A stretch of 64,000 bases of DNA from Eledone cirrhosa (GCA_964016885.1 OZ024752.1:45570001-45634000), one strand, 5' to 3'. Positions 1-14,864 are shown, counted from the stretch's first letter. The notes: generated from the letters alone by a model not told the origin. Made by a program: numbers and translations.

Positions 1-202
1 TGAGATCGATGAAATCCCGAGTTCATTATTTTATCGATTCCAGGAAGATTAATGGTAAAGTAGCTTTTGGCTAAATTTGAATTCTGGATGTAAATTATTG
101 GAAATGTTTAGCCAACCAAGTATTTTTGTATCTCACTCTTATTCCACTGTCTCTTTTTTTCTCCTTCTCCTTCTCCTAAAATAATTGCAACAGCAACATT
201 AA

Positions 203-722
203 ACCTTTAGCATTTAAACCGGCCGAATCCGGCCAGAATTTTCTCACCTCTTTCAGTTCAAGCCAGTTGTAACTGGCTGCTCGTAGTGATGTTAAGGTAT
301 TGTTCTTAAAATAAATAATATCAAAATCTCGTAGATTCGATGTTATATGAGATATTATGTGATATATTATGTGAGGTAAAGCCTTTACTGTGAAAATACA
401 ATAGTATATATAGAGTAATGTAAATGTTATGTGAGATATTATATGAGGTAAAGCCTTTACTGTGAAAATACAATAGTATATATAGAGTAATGAAAATGGT
501 ATGTGAGATATTATGTGAGATAAAGCCTTTACCATGAAAATACAATAGTAAATATAGAGTAATGTAAATGTTATGTGAGATATTATGTGAGGTAAAGCCT
601 TTACTGTGAAAATACAATAGTATATATAGAGTAATGTAAATGTTATGTGAGGTATTATGTGAGGTAAAGCCTTTACTGTGAAAATACAATAGTATATATA
701 GAGTAATGTAAATGCTAAAGGG
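203..722. mobile_element. piggyBac-type MITE, expanded by internal tandem repeat
   Basis: TTAA flanks (199-202, 723-726) and TIR (C)CCTTTAGCATTTA...TAAATGCTAAAGGG. About 5 internal ~75-85 bp repeats. Shorter homologues at 29047-29254 and 61397-61584. Confidence 0.75.
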
Positions 723-725
723 TTA

Positions 726-925
726 ATAATGGTTTCTACTTTAGACACAACAACCATTTTGAAGGGAAGGGAAAAGTCGATTATATCGACCCTAGTACAT
801 AACTGGTACTTTATTTTATCGACCCCGGAAGGATGAAAGGTAAAGTTAACATTGACGGGATTTGAACTCAGAACGCAGAGTACCGGAACGAATACTGTAA
901 AACATTTTATCCGATGCTCTACCGA
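726..925 (-). mobile_element. tRNA-derived SINE, family A (Nin/Deu-like central domain)
   Basis: Reverse complement of the B-box GAGTTCAAATCCC and body CTTTGCCTTTCATCC..GGGGTCGATAAAATAAAGTACCAG. Roughly 25-30 full or partial copies in the window. Confidence 0.8.
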
Positions 926-1173
926 GTACAGTAATAATAAGGTTTCTATAGTTTAATATCTGAATTAATGAGCTCTTGTGAACAGGTGAATTGACAGTCA
1001 GTAGAGCGTCAGAAAAACTACTTTGTGTTATTATTCCAGTTCCCTGCACCTTGAGTTAAAATCTCGGCAAAGGTAACTTTACTTTTCATCTCTTCGGGAC
1101 CAATTAAATAAACTACAAGTGCAGAACGGTGATTTTGGCGTAATTGTTAGTACATCGGAAGAAATGCTTTGTG

Positions 1174-2231
1174 TTCTGAGATCTTGGGTGGTAGTTTTAA
1201 TGTGTTACCTAGCTTAACACCACCACATAGTCCTTGGGTGCTTTTAGAGGTGTCAGTTCTGTGATCTTGGGGTGGTTTACCTAATGTGTTACCTAGCTTA
1301 ACACCACCACATAGTCCTTGGGTGCCTTTAGAGGTGTCAGTTCTGAGATCTTGGGGTGGTTTACCTAATGTGTTACCTAGCTTAACACCACCACATAGTC
1401 CTTGGGTGCCTTTAGAGGTGTCAGTTCTGTGATCTTGGGGTGGTTTACCTAATGTGTTACCTAGCTTAACACCACCACATAGTCCTTGGGTGCCTTTAGA
1501 GGTGTCAGTTCTGAGATCTTGGGGTAGTTTTAATGTGTTACCTAGCTTAACACCACCACATAGTCCTTGGGTGCCTTTAGAGGTGTCAGTTCTGTGATCT
1601 TGGGGTGGTTTACCTAATGTGTTACCTAGCTTAACACCACCACATAGTCCTTGGGTGCCTTTAGAGGTGTCAGTTCTGAGATCTTGGGGTGGTTTACCTA
1701 ATGTGTTACCTAGCTTAACACCACCACATAGTCCTTGGGTGCCTTTAGAGGTGTCAGTTCTGTGATCTTGGGTGGTAGTTTTAATGTGTTACCTAGCTTA
1801 ACACCACCACATAGTCCTTGGGTGCTTTTAGAGGTGTCAGTTCTGTGATCTTGGGGTGGTAGTTTTAATGTGTTACCTAGCTTAACACCACCACATAGTC
1901 CTTGGGTGCTTTTAGAGGTGTCAGTTCTGTGATCTTGGGGTGGTTTACCTAATGTGTTACCTAGCTTAACACCACCACATAGTCCTTGGGTGCTTTTAGA
2001 GGTGTCAGTTCTGTGATCTTGGGGTGGTTTACCTAATGTGTTACCTAGCTTAACACCACCACATAGTCCTTGGGTGCCTTTAGAGGTGTCAGTTCTGAGA
2101 TCTTGGGGTGGTAGTTTTAATGTGTTACCTAGCTTAACACCACCACATAGTCCTTGGGTGCCTTTAGAGGTGTCAGTTCTGAGATCTTGGGGTGGTAGTT
2201 TTAATGTGTTACCTAGCTTAACACCACCACA
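1174..2231. repeat. 84-bp minisatellite, about 12.5 copies
   Basis: Unit TGTGTTACCTAGCTTAACACCACCACATAGTCCTTGGGTG... recurs at 1201, 1285 and onward. Confidence 0.95.
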
Positions 2232-2382
2232 GCCCCACCGAGGCCTCTCTGTTGCAGGTATTCAGGCCGGGTAGCCGGTTTGAGGATAACTTCGTCCCTC
2301 TTTCCCCCAATCTCGGAGATCCCGAAAAATAACACGAGCTTTATGTCGCTTTTTTAAAATGGCAGGATACATTGGACTCCTC

Positions 2383-2716
2383 TCACACACACACACACAT
2401 ACAGACACACACACACAGACACACAGATACACACACAGACACACACACACACATACACATACACAAGACACACACGCATACACACATACAGACACATACA
2501 CAGATACACACACAGATACACACACACAGAGACAGACAGACACACACACATACACATATATATATACACACACACACACACACAGATACACACACAGACA
2601 CACACACATACACAACACACACACGCATACACACACACACACATACATACAGACACATACACAGATACACACACAGATACACACACACAGAGACAGACAG
2701 ACACACACACATACAC

Positions 2717-2757
<41 letters not shown>

Positions 2758-2770
2758 TACACACACAGAT

Positions 2771-2806
<36 letters not shown>

Positions 2807-2808
2807 AT
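2383..2808. repeat. compound (CA)n microsatellite
   Basis: Directly visible; source of several spurious ORFs. Confidence 0.95.
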
Positions 2809-2974
2809 TATGACTTAGAAGTGGTATCTTTTTTATGATCCTAAAACACTGGTAACAGACCAAGTGATTTACATCTGGTCACCTGTTGCAACTGTAAACT
2901 AAAATTCAAATGAGAGATTCTTACGCCATAAACAAAACTTCAGTTAACAATTATTTAAATCATTTCAAACTGAA

Positions 2975-3078
2975 TGTCGGAAATGACGTGGCGTTTGCGC
3001 CTGCGTAGAAGTTGTGGGCGGACTCGAAATTGGTTTCGAGGAGTTTCAATTTATCATTGCGTATGCGTTAAGGTAAGT
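2975..3078 (+). promoter_or_regulatory. candidate CpG-rich housekeeping-type promoter / first exon
   Basis: CGGAAATGACGT (ETS + CRE-like), TGCGCCTGCG (NRF1-like), GGGCGG (GC box), then donor-like AAG|GTAAGT at 3072/3073. Confidence 0.4.
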
Positions 3079-3120
3079 TACTACAGAAATGTATCTTTAT
3101 AAATATATAGTGTAATTGCT

Positions 3121-3198
<78 letters not shown>

Positions 3199-3361
3199 AT
3201 ATATATATCAGGCTAAATAATTTCTTGAATTTCTTTAGTCAAAATACAGCGATAGCTTACATTTCTAATAATTTCAAACCCGCTCGCTGTTTCGAAAATA
3301 TTCTTACATATATATATATATATATATATATGGATATATATATATATATATATATATATGG

Positions 3362-3393
<32 letters not shown>

Positions 3394-3552
3394 GTATATA
3401 TATAGAGAGAGAGATATATAGAAATATATATATGGATATATATATATATGGATATATATATATATGGATATATATATATATGGATATATATATATATGGA
3501 TATATATATATATGGATATATATATATATGTGTGTGTACATATATATATATA

Positions 3553-3587
<35 letters not shown>

Positions 3588-3852
3588 GCTTTTATGTATT
3601 AGTGCTTGTATAAGAAATTATTCTAATTTATTGTTCTCTTAGTAATCAATCTAATTTATCGATCTATATCACTGACTGTAGTATAGCAACATAGATAACC
3701 AACTGGGTTATTAGAACGTTCGATAAATAAAAATACAATATGGTGGAATACTTTAGTTTTATATAGATCTATGCTAAATGTTTGCTCAGTTACCAGTGTA
3801 AATATATGAGATAGTAAATATATGTTTGAAGTCATAAAATGTTAAACAAATG

Positions 3853-3911
<59 letters not shown>

Positions 3912-4157
3912 ATAATAATAAATGTGAAGACTAAATTCCGAAGAGGGCTCGATAAGGATTATATATATATAAAATATATAAAACCGTAGAGCAAATATTT
4001 ATTCAAATAACAGATTAAAGTTTAAGCAAAGAATCGCTACTTTCACCCTTAACGGTATCTTCTGAAACTCATATTTTGAGTATAAATATATATACTCAAT
4101 ATATGAGTCTAGAAATAGCCGTCGAAACGGCTTGAGCTCTGCCGTTGGGGTCTAACA

Positions 4158-4218
<61 letters not shown>

Positions 4219-4610
4219 CCTCGTCAAATCGGACGAACCAAAGAAACGAGAAATTAGATGAACACCAGATTAGACCAAGAAAACAATGTCTCCATTGGTC
4301 TCTGCAGTTGCTAATATTATCTATATTATCCTTCTGCCACAACTCCTGGCAGAAGGAGCGACGTGGAATAAAGTGTCTTGCTCAAGGACATAACACATCA
4401 CCCGGTCCGGGAATCGATCTCACAGCCTCAATAATTTGATGCCTCTTGTATTCTGGAGGTATGATGAAATTTGGGCTCGAAACCTTGGGTTGCGTCTTTG
4501 TTCTGTGGATGTACATAAATATATAATTTAATATTTCTTTTCCTTTTCTGATTGAATACTGTTTCATTATATATGTTTCATTTATTCATCATCATCATCA
4601 TCATCATCAT

Positions 4611-4925
4611 TTTACGTCCACTTTTCCCTGCTTGCAAGGGTGGGACGGGAAAAGATTCTGGCTTGATTTCTACAGCTGGATGCCCTTCCTAACACCAACC
4701 TCATTTACAGTGAGTGCTGGGTGCTTTTTTGCCGTGGCACCTCCACGACCAGTGGAATGATAGGGACCCCAGTCCCTATCATCTCATTTCTACAGCTGAG
4801 TAAACTGGAGCAATGTGAAGTAAAGTGTCTTGCTCAAGGAAACAACACATCACCCGGTCTGAGAATTGAACTCACAACCTTTCGATTGCAAGGCCAATGC
4901 TCTAACCACTAAGCCATGTGCCTCC
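4611..4925 (-). mobile_element. tRNA-derived SINE, family B (GTCCTTGAGCAAGACACTT, Meta/V-like domain)
   Basis: Reverse-complement A/B boxes plus AAGTGTCTTGCTCAAGGA. Related copies near 4215, 14885, 19328, 28740, 32890, 43451 and 61080. Confidence 0.75.
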
Positions 4926-4928
4926 ATG

Positions 4929-4965
<37 letters not shown>

Positions 4966-5157
4966 ACACACACACACACCACGCACCACACACCACACAC
5001 CACACACCACACACCACACACACACACGACAGAACATTGTTGTGTCGTCCACATTATTTTCTCTTGTCTTAACACCATCAGCTTCCGGTTTAGAAATACA
5101 ATCCAAAACGTATACACAAACACATATATACATAGTAATTAGTAATATATTGTGTTG

Positions 5158-5191
<34 letters not shown>

Positions 5192-5404
5192 CCAAATTAA
5201 AAGATATATTTAGAGAGAAAGGGTTATTATATAAACATATCTTTTAATTTGGTTATTAATGAGTTATAATATTTGGTATCAATGTGTAAAAGACATCTAT
5301 CAAATCAATTAGTGGTGAAGGTGGTATATATATATATATATACCTAGGTAGGAGCAATAACATTAAGAAAGACATGAACGACACCACAACACTTTGGTTT
5401 GAAA

Positions 5405-5719
5405 ATTTTGAAAGTAGGTTTATAAGTATGAATTTTGATAAGACTTTCGTAGTCGTCTCTGTGGCCTAGTGGTAGATACTAGAGACGGTGGAGAACCTGG
5501 CCTTGGGTTCAATCCTACTCAAGGGGTACGTTTAACCTTTTTCAGTTTTTATTTTACAACCAATAGAAAAAAACTGAAAAGGTTTACCAGGAACCCTACT
5601 CCCGACAAGGATCAAACTTCAGACCAGGGTCACCACCGTCTATGACTCCCCCAACTAGGCCACCGAGACAGCTATAAAAGAATAATGAAAATTGATAATT
5701 ATAAACCTACTTTCAAAAT
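5405..5719. mobile_element. fold-back element made of two inverted tRNA-like heads
   Basis: TIR ATTTTGAAAGTAGGTTTATAA/TTATAAACCTACTTTCAAAAT. Each arm has A-box-like GTGGCCTAGT(T)GG and B-box-like GGTTCAATCC or GTTTGATCC. Confidence 0.6.
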
Positions 5720-5977
5720 CAAAGTTTCTTAAAGCTATTAGTAATATTTAGGGTCGACTTCCGGTTATAATTGAAAGTCTCTGGATTTCGCAAAATACAT
5801 AATATTTTTATTGGAGAACGTAAGATATTTTCCCGCTAAAATTGCACTGTTTTGTTTCCACTTATGTATTTTTCGAAAATGTTATTTATTCATTATAAAA
5901 ATTAAATGATAGCATTCTATATGTAGGTGGGGGGCCTTCATCTCCTGGCAACCAATATTTTTAGACCCAGTCCGCCA

Positions 5978-6034
<57 letters not shown>

Positions 6035-6181
6035 CATACATACATTCATATATATATGTGTGTGTGTGTGAAATAAACAAATGGGAAAAATTGGCGTTAA
6101 ATATCTCACATAATGCAAATATGAAATAGTCAGTGCTTGTTACTTTACACACACACATACATACACACATACATACCTGCT

Positions 6182-6224
<43 letters not shown>

Positions 6225-6595
6225 ATTTGTATGTGTGTGTTTAGAGGCATAATGTGTATAAAATTTGCTACACCCCTGGGGTGGGGTTCTTAATTTATTG
6301 TTTGTAGATTAAACATTTCTAAAGAATTACGTACACAGAAAAATCCCATTATCCTTTCCTGATAAAATGTAATTTTATATATTTGTAATTTTATATATTT
6401 TATATATTATTTTTCAAGTTATCGATCTGTCAGACCTATTGATATTGTTATCGATTTTCATTTAGTCTATTGATATATATATATATATATATATATTTTC
6501 ATTTTTCCTGCATTTCTCTGTTCTAAAATACAATTTTACTAAGATATTTCATTTTCTTCACATAGTAATTAGTATTATATTATGCTGATATATAC

Positions 6596-6631
<36 letters not shown>

Positions 6632-6636
<5 letters not shown>

Positions 6637-6954
6637 TGTAATAAACAAGATAATTAATTCATTTACCAATGGTTTCTTGAAGAGCTTGACACTTATGCCT
6701 GTCTTCATTCATCAGAATAAATTTATTATGGAATTGGATATGGATTTGAAAACAGAGTTTAGGGTTAGGGTTTATCCCATTCTATGATAAATTTATACTG
6801 ATGAATGAAGACAGACATAAGTGTCAAGTTCTTCAAGAAACCATTGGTAAATGAATTAATTATCTTATGTTGTTTATTACATAACTAAAAAGCTCTGTAG
6901 CCGACATAGAGCACTCTCTTTTTCTTTACCTTTCCTACGGAAATACTTCATTTA
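6632..6954 (+). mobile_element. hammerhead-bearing fold-back element in (TA)n (Penelope-like terminus)
   Basis: Arms ~6632-6740 and ~6773-6886 are inverted. Tail runs to 6954. TA runs on both sides. Confidence 0.75.
6656..6723 (-). ncRNA. type I hammerhead ribozyme (mirror copy 6790-6857, +)
   Basis: AATTTATT CTGATGA a-TGAAGA...TCTTCA-a GAAAC CATTG GTA AATGAATT. Stem I is 8 bp; cleavage triplet GUA. Confidence 0.75.
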
Positions 6955-6968
6955 TATATATATATTAT

Positions 6969-7000
<32 letters not shown>

Positions 7001-7018
7001 AATATATATATATGTATA

Positions 7019-7052
<34 letters not shown>

Positions 7053-7683
7053 AAAGTAATTAAACAGTAGGGAGGCTATTCTTTAAAAAAAAACATGGTG
7101 GAAATACACAATTGAAATAGAAAGTAGAAATGGCGTCTCGCAAGGCTGTCGTCTGGTTAGAAAGATAGCATAACAGATGTCCTATATTCATATCTTTATA
7201 TATTTTTATTTCATTTATTTATCACTTGATTCCTTCCATGACGTGGGCTTAATATAAGCTTATATATATATATAAATATATATAAGCTTATATATATATA
7301 TATATATATATATATGGGTTATATATATATATATATATAAGCTTATATATATATATATAAGCTTTTATATATATATATATTATGTTGTTGCCTCGTTGTG
7401 TTACATCCACCCTTGGGAAAGGTGAACATTAAAGGAATTACTTTTATACATGTTATTGATTTCTGATACATAAACAGAACGCCATAAAATGTGTGTGTCT
7501 CTTGGGGGTGGGACAATCGATTATATCGAACACTATCTTACTGATATGTTTATATTAGCTGACCACGAAGTGTTGAAAGGTACGGTTTCTATCGTAACGA
7601 CGACATCCAACTAAGAAAGTCGACAGATGTTATTTAATACAACAATACCATGTTATTGAGTGTTCAACTGATTTGGATTGAAT

Positions 7684-7754
<71 letters not shown>

Positions 7755-7900
7755 GCATATATAAATATATATATATATATATATAAGGCCTTGGGCGCGC
7801 CGCTGATCGCTTTTAGAAGTCCTGTATTAAGCGCCGAAACATCTATGATCTGTGGTTTTCAGCTGATGAAGGCTTTCTTCTCTTGTTTCGTTCATACTAC

Positions 7901-7935
<35 letters not shown>

Positions 7936-8183
7936 ATGTATGTACGTGTATGAGTATGTGTATATATATATAATGTGTGTGTGTGTGGGGGTGTGTTATA
8001 ATCTTGACAATAATGATATCTGCTGCATTTTATATTTTTTTATTTTATTTTAAAGAAGGCTTTCATGGATTTAACTGGAGGGAGAGGGAGAGAGAGAGGG
8101 AGAGAGAGAGAGGGGGGAGATAAACATGGAGCGAGAGAGAGGGAGAGAAATAGATAGATTGATAGATTGATAGAGAGAAAGAG

Positions 8184-8312
8184 ATGGATCAACTGATACT
8201 TGAATCAACTTTAGATGGATCAACTGATACTTGGATCAACTGATACTTGGATCAACTTTAGATGGATCAACTGATACTTGGATCAACTTTAGATGGATCA
8301 ACTGATACATGG
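8184..8312. repeat. short tandem repeat of GGATCAACTGATACTT/GGATCAACTTTAGAT
   Basis: Directly visible. Confidence 0.85.
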
Positions 8313-8534
8313 ACTTTAAATGGGAGGATCAATAGAATGAATTAACAAAGAAACAAACAAACAATAGCATATGTAAATATTGGTGATCTGCTGTTTATTT
8401 AATTGATTTATTTTATTGATCTGAGATGAGAAAGATGAGCAACAAAGCCAGTCAATCAGACTTTCCGATAATTTTATTTTTGTATCGATTTCTTCTTCAT
8501 AGGAAAGACACAAATAAAAAACAATATATATACT

Positions 8535-9495
<961 letters not shown>

Positions 9496-9769
9496 CCTAT
9501 ATAACTAGACTGCGATGTTGTTTCAAAATAAATCAATATTTTGTTTTTGTAGAATAGTTTCAAACAAAAATAACTAAAAAACTTAAGAACACACATTAAA
9601 AAGAGACTGACACTAATGAGGTTTTAAGTACTTAGATCGCAGAATTAATTAATTCAGGGGTTAATGGCCCTGGTAGTGGCTGTAGTAGTAGTAGTGGTGG
9701 TAGTAGTAGTGGTAATGACGTAGATACGCGTACATATCATGGGATTGTAGTGTTACTAGCTGTGAAATT

Positions 9770-9965
9770 ATAATTGTTTCTGCTTTTGGCACAAGGCCAG
9801 CAATTACCCCAGTGCATTACTGGTACTTTATTTTATCGACCCCGTAAGGATGAAAGGCAAAGTTAACCTCGGCGGGATTTGAACTCAGACCATAAAGGGC
9901 CGTAACTCTTTGCTGCAAAGCATGGCGTCCGACCCTCTACCGATACTGCCAATCCACTGCCCTTG
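9770..9965 (-). mobile_element. SINE family A
   Basis: Near full-length copy (GGATTGGCAGTATCGGTAGAG... on the minus strand). Confidence 0.85.
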
Positions 9966-10223
9966 TCTAAATATCATAGCAGCCATATTGTATGTACGAA
10001 GATGTCTTTGTATAATTCTTATGCGTGTATATGTGTGTATATATGTTTGTATGAGTAGGTGTATGGATATATATATGCGTGCGTATATATGTGTATATAA
10101 GTATGTATGTATTCATGTATGTATGTTTGTTTGTTTGGGTGTATCTATGTATGTAAATGTGTATATATGTGTGAATAAGTATGTATGTATGCATGTACGT
10201 ACGTACGTATGTATGTATGCATC

Positions 10224-10274
<51 letters not shown>

Positions 10275-10532
10275 GTATATGTATATATGTATACGTATAT
10301 GTAAATATGTATGTATGTATATATACATACATATATATATGTGTATGTATGTAAGTATATATATATACATACATACATACATACATATATACATACATAC
10401 ATATATACATACATATATACATACATACATACATATATATATACATACATATATATATATATACATACATATATATATATATATATATACATACATATAT
10501 ATATATATACATACATATATATATACATACAT

Positions 10533-10888
10533 ATATGATGTAAACGTTGTCAGAAAAATACAGGAGAAGGAGGACATCTACGGACCATTGATGAGGAGCT
10601 TACAAATCCAGTATCCAAGATACACCTTTAGCTTCATACCCATCATTATTGGTGCTACGGGTTATATACCAACCCGCTTGGACCAAAGTATGACCGAACT
10701 TGGATTTGCGGACAAAAAGCGCAGCTCCCTAATTCATAGTCTACAAATGGCTGCGATAGCTGGCACCTTCAAAATATGCAAAACATTCTTGCGATTCAAG
10801 GGATGACAATTTCTTTTCTTTTACAACCTTGCCACCAGGAAGGTGGCCTGTCAAAAAAATATACTCGAAATTAAGAGAAAGAGAAAAC
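10533..10888 (+). mobile_element. 3' fragment of R4/Dong-like non-LTR retrotransposon (RLE endonuclease C-terminus)
   Basis: Peptide [12 protein letters not shown]...IPIIIGATG...[17 protein letters not shown] resembles R4-clade RLE C-termini. Short 3' UTR with hairpin GCCACC..GGTGGC. Flanked by (ACAT/AT)n. Confidence 0.65.
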
Positions 10889-10914
10889 ATATATATACAT
10901 ACATATATATATAC

Positions 10915-11466
10915 ATGGTGGCTGCCAACTCGTTTTCGAGTACGGCCACTACTTTATATCCATGTAGGAGAACCCCTACCGATGCGCTGAACGAGTGTGA
11001 CTTTTTAGTCTCAGCCAGTGACTTGAAAACTCTGGTACAAACACTACACTTGTGACAATTATTGACACATAGTGCTGGGCCCATGGTACCATGTGACGAC
11101 AAGTGCAGAGAGATCTCCAGATATAAAGCAATGCCTGTGCCGTGAAGCTTTTATAGTGAGCAAAGGCACTGCACAAAGCCAGTCCCACTCTCTTAACCAA
11201 GATGATATTTACCAAAAAGAAGAACAAGTCAACATCATTGGATACCATCAGGGTTGCAGGTGTTATATCAGAGTTTTCCTTCTCCTAGAATTCTGCCTTG
11301 ACAAAGGCTAAGGGGTCATCTCTCCCGGTGATTTTGGATGGCCATTGACTCTTAAGAGCTCCTTTGCCCTTTGACAGGTTTTGTTTTTAGTCCTGCAGGA
11401 TGTCCAAAGTCACCCTCCTCACCAAGAAACCTTGGTGGGGTTGCCAGTTTAGTCGCCAACGACCCG
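10915..11466 (-). mobile_element. 5'-truncated copy of ~600-bp RTE-like non-autonomous retroelement
   Basis: Near-identical to 11561-12102. Bounded by (ATAC)n runs. Confidence 0.7.
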
Positions 11467-11560
11467 TATGTATGTATGTATGTATATATATATACTTACA
11501 TATATATATACATACATATATATATACATACATATATATATACATACATATATATATACA

Positions 11561-12163
11561 TGGTGGCTGCCAACTCGTTTTCGAGTACGGCCACTACTTT
11601 ATATCCATGTAGGAGAACCCCTACCGATGCGCTAAACAAGTGTGACTTTTAGTCCAGCCAGCGACTTGAAAACTCTGGTACAAACACTACACCTGTGACA
11701 ATTATTGACACATAGTGTTGGGCCTTTGGTACCATGTGACGACAAGTGTAGAGAGATCTCCAGATATAAAGCAATGCCTGTGCCGTGAAGCTTTTATAGT
11801 GAGCAAAGGCACTGCACAAAGCCAGTCCCACTCTCTTAACCAAGATGATATTTACCAAAAAGAAGAATAAGTCAACATCATTGGATACCATCAGGGTTGC
11901 AGGTGTTATATCAGAGTTTTCCTTCTCTTAGAATTCTGCCTTGACAAAGGCTAAGGGGTCATCTCTCCCGGTGATTTTGGATGGCCATTGGCTCTTAAGA
12001 GCTCCTTTGCCAGGTTTTGTTTTTAGTCCTGCAGGATGTCCAAAGTCACCCTCCTCACCAAGAAACCTTGGTGGGGTTGCCAGTTTAGTCGCCAACGACC
12101 CGACCATGGGACAGGTTGTACTGGGATACATGTTACCAGTAGCACCAACTGGTGACCTGACAT
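11561..12163 (-). mobile_element. ~600-bp RTE-like non-autonomous retroelement with terminal zinc-finger remnant
   Basis: Minus-strand CHRCSVCTRVFKSLAGLKSH lies near the 3' end. Ends in an (ATGT)n/(AT)n tail. Confidence 0.6.
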
Positions 12164-12395
12164 AATATATATATATATACATACATATATATATACATAC
12201 ATATATATATACATAAATATATACATAAATATATACATAAATATATACATATATATATATACATATATATTACATACATAAATATATACATATATATATA
12301 CATATATAAATATATATATATATATACATACATAAATATATACATATACATATATAAATATATATATACATATATGAATATATATATAAATATAT

Positions 12396-12474
<79 letters not shown>

Positions 12475-12886
12475 TAAGTGAGAGTATAAGATTAAATCAA
12501 AAGCTAGCTGGTTTAATTACCTGGCCAGATAAAAATAGCCAAAGTTGGATGCAATATTGTAAATATACGTAAGCTGTCATTGTTATTGAATAAAAATTAG
12601 CGCAAACGATCGAGTTTATATAGTATTGTTTGGATAAGAGCAACCATTAAGTGGTATCTTGGATACAAAATGGAGAAACTAATAGTTTCTTTCCTTTTTC
12701 TCGTCTGTTTTATTCCAGTTCTTGATTAACTATAATCCATTGGGTTAGCTGTTGTATATTAATCTTACCAACCAATGGATTACTACGTTTGTGACACGAC
12801 CGACGTTTCTTTCGGGTCAATATATCAATATATATATCTAGCTGTCGAAACGGTCGGAGCTCAGCCGTCGGGGTCCTGACTCTTTT

Positions 12887-13005
<119 letters not shown>

Positions 13006-13076
13006 ATGTGTGTGTGTGTGTGTGTGTATTTATGTGTGTGTGTATTTATGTGTGTGTGTATTTATATATATGTATA

Positions 13077-13111
<35 letters not shown>

Positions 13112-13234
13112 ATATTTATGTGTGTGTGTGTATATTTATGTGTGTGTGTGTGTATATTTATGTGTGTGTGTGTGTGTATGTATGTGTGTGTGTATTTATG
13201 TGTGTGTGTGTGTATTTATGTGTGTATGTGTGTG

Positions 13235-13273
<39 letters not shown>

Positions 13274-14399
13274 ATATTTATATATATATGTGTGTGTGTG
13301 TGTCTATTTATATATACATATATATTTATATGTGTATATATATATATATATGTATTTATAAGCGCGTGGGCTTCCATTTGCTCATAATAGAGAGAGATGG
13401 GGAGAGCAGAAGAGACAGAGGCAGTGACAGTGGGAGTTTGGTTCCTCTGTGTTCGGACCTGGTGTATATGTATATATTTCACAGACACACACTCACACTG
13501 TTACCCTTTCTCTACAGACATTACCTTACACCAACAACCGCCGAATTCCATAAGAAGTTTGCTTTCTGTAACATAACAAAGTTTCTTCCATAAAATGATT
13601 GATATAAACATTATAAAGACAACAGTTTTGTATTCTAGAACTAGGCGCCGTTTCAAGGGTGTTTGATTGTCCAAAGGTTAAATAAAGAATCGGCTGTGAT
13701 TTTTTAAACTATTTCTCCCCTTCTGTTTCATTAGATTGACACAGAAGGGATTATTTTATAGACTTTTGATTAAAGAGGGTTGGTTGCTGGGTTACACGAG
13801 GCGGGCCGAGGAGCGTTAGACAGTTTAAGAAGTAGAAAGCTATGTCATTAGTAATCCAAACCTATTCAAAATCTTTTTGTCGCTAGAACTTCGTAAAGAT
13901 CTCACTGGAGCAGATAATAGATACTAGTTTTACTGTTGTTGTTGCTGTGGTTGCTGTTGTTGTTTAGCTCCAGTAGGGTCTTGGTTAAGTAGACTTGTGT
14001 TCAAAGTAATTCCAACTATGGTTGCAGCAACTGGAGGGAGGGGGAGGGGAGATGTCGCTTGCACTACATTCATCATCATCATCATCATCATCATCATCTT
14101 CAGCAGAACCGCCATCATCACCATCACCACCATCATCACCATCATCATCATCATCATGGTTTTATATATAATAAAGGGTATAAAATAAAAACCCTCGGTC
14201 ACGATTGACCATGGGATTTGAACTTAGAAAGTTCCTCTCCGAGGCTCAAGACCGGGCAAGGTCTTTTGTGGAAGACCAGCAGTCACCCATACATACCAGA
14301 CTCTCCTCTCTTCAGGTCACCGACGTTGACCAAAAGGATGTCAAAGACTGATACAGCTTGGCACCGGTGACGTCACAACTCATTTATACACCTTACATA

Positions 14400-14447
<48 letters not shown>

Positions 14448-14451
<4 letters not shown>

Positions 14452-14590
14452 GCTTCAGGAACCTGATGATTTCTCCCGAATGAAACAGTGTAGAGGCCTT
14501 TCTATATTAAATATTTAAACATTTATACTCTGTTTTGTATTGAGTACTTTACTTACTGTGGTTACCCCCGATTACACCCGGGATAAACTT
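14448..14590 (+). ncRNA. hammerhead motif plus tail in (TA)n
   Basis: AAAGGCTTC..CTGATGA tTTC TCCC GAAt GAAAC AGT GTA GAGGCCTTT. The tail (GTATTGAGTAC...CCCCGATT..ACCCGGGA) is shared with 51660-51715. Confidence 0.55.
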
Positions 14591-14661
14591 TTATATATAT
14601 ATATATATATGATAAGATAAAACAAGGACCAGTGGTTACTCCTTTATTACGTTTATTGGTT

Positions 14662-14746
14662 GGTGACGCGAGTTTCGCTATTGATCAGCTCAAGGTTCGA
14701 TCTGTATCGATCTAGCTCGACTCTGTAATCAATGGCTCGTCAGACC
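14662..14746 (-). ncRNA. type I hammerhead ribozyme (homologue 30760-30844, +)
   Basis: GGT CTGACGA GC.ATTGAT...ATCAAT.GC GAAAC TCGC GTC ACC, then AATAAA. The second copy has the palindrome ACGCGCGT. Confidence 0.7.
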
Positions 14747-14827
14747 TCTTTAGTGGTAATGACAGAATGAATATACATGGCGTACAAGAAAGTCTGGCTA
14801 TATATACAATATATATACAATATATAT

Positions 14828-14864
<37 letters not shown>

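Noticed and set aside
1174-2231. CRISPR-like appearance of regular repeats (also 35591, 37370)
   Set aside because: Head-to-tail units with no unique spacers, no cas genes and a eukaryotic context.
13930-14160. D-rich or Q-rich reading frames (also S-rich 38200-38420 and N-rich 33277-33483, minus strand)
   Set aside because: Built on trinucleotide repeats with nearby stops or weak splice acceptors; cannot be supported as exons without RNA data.
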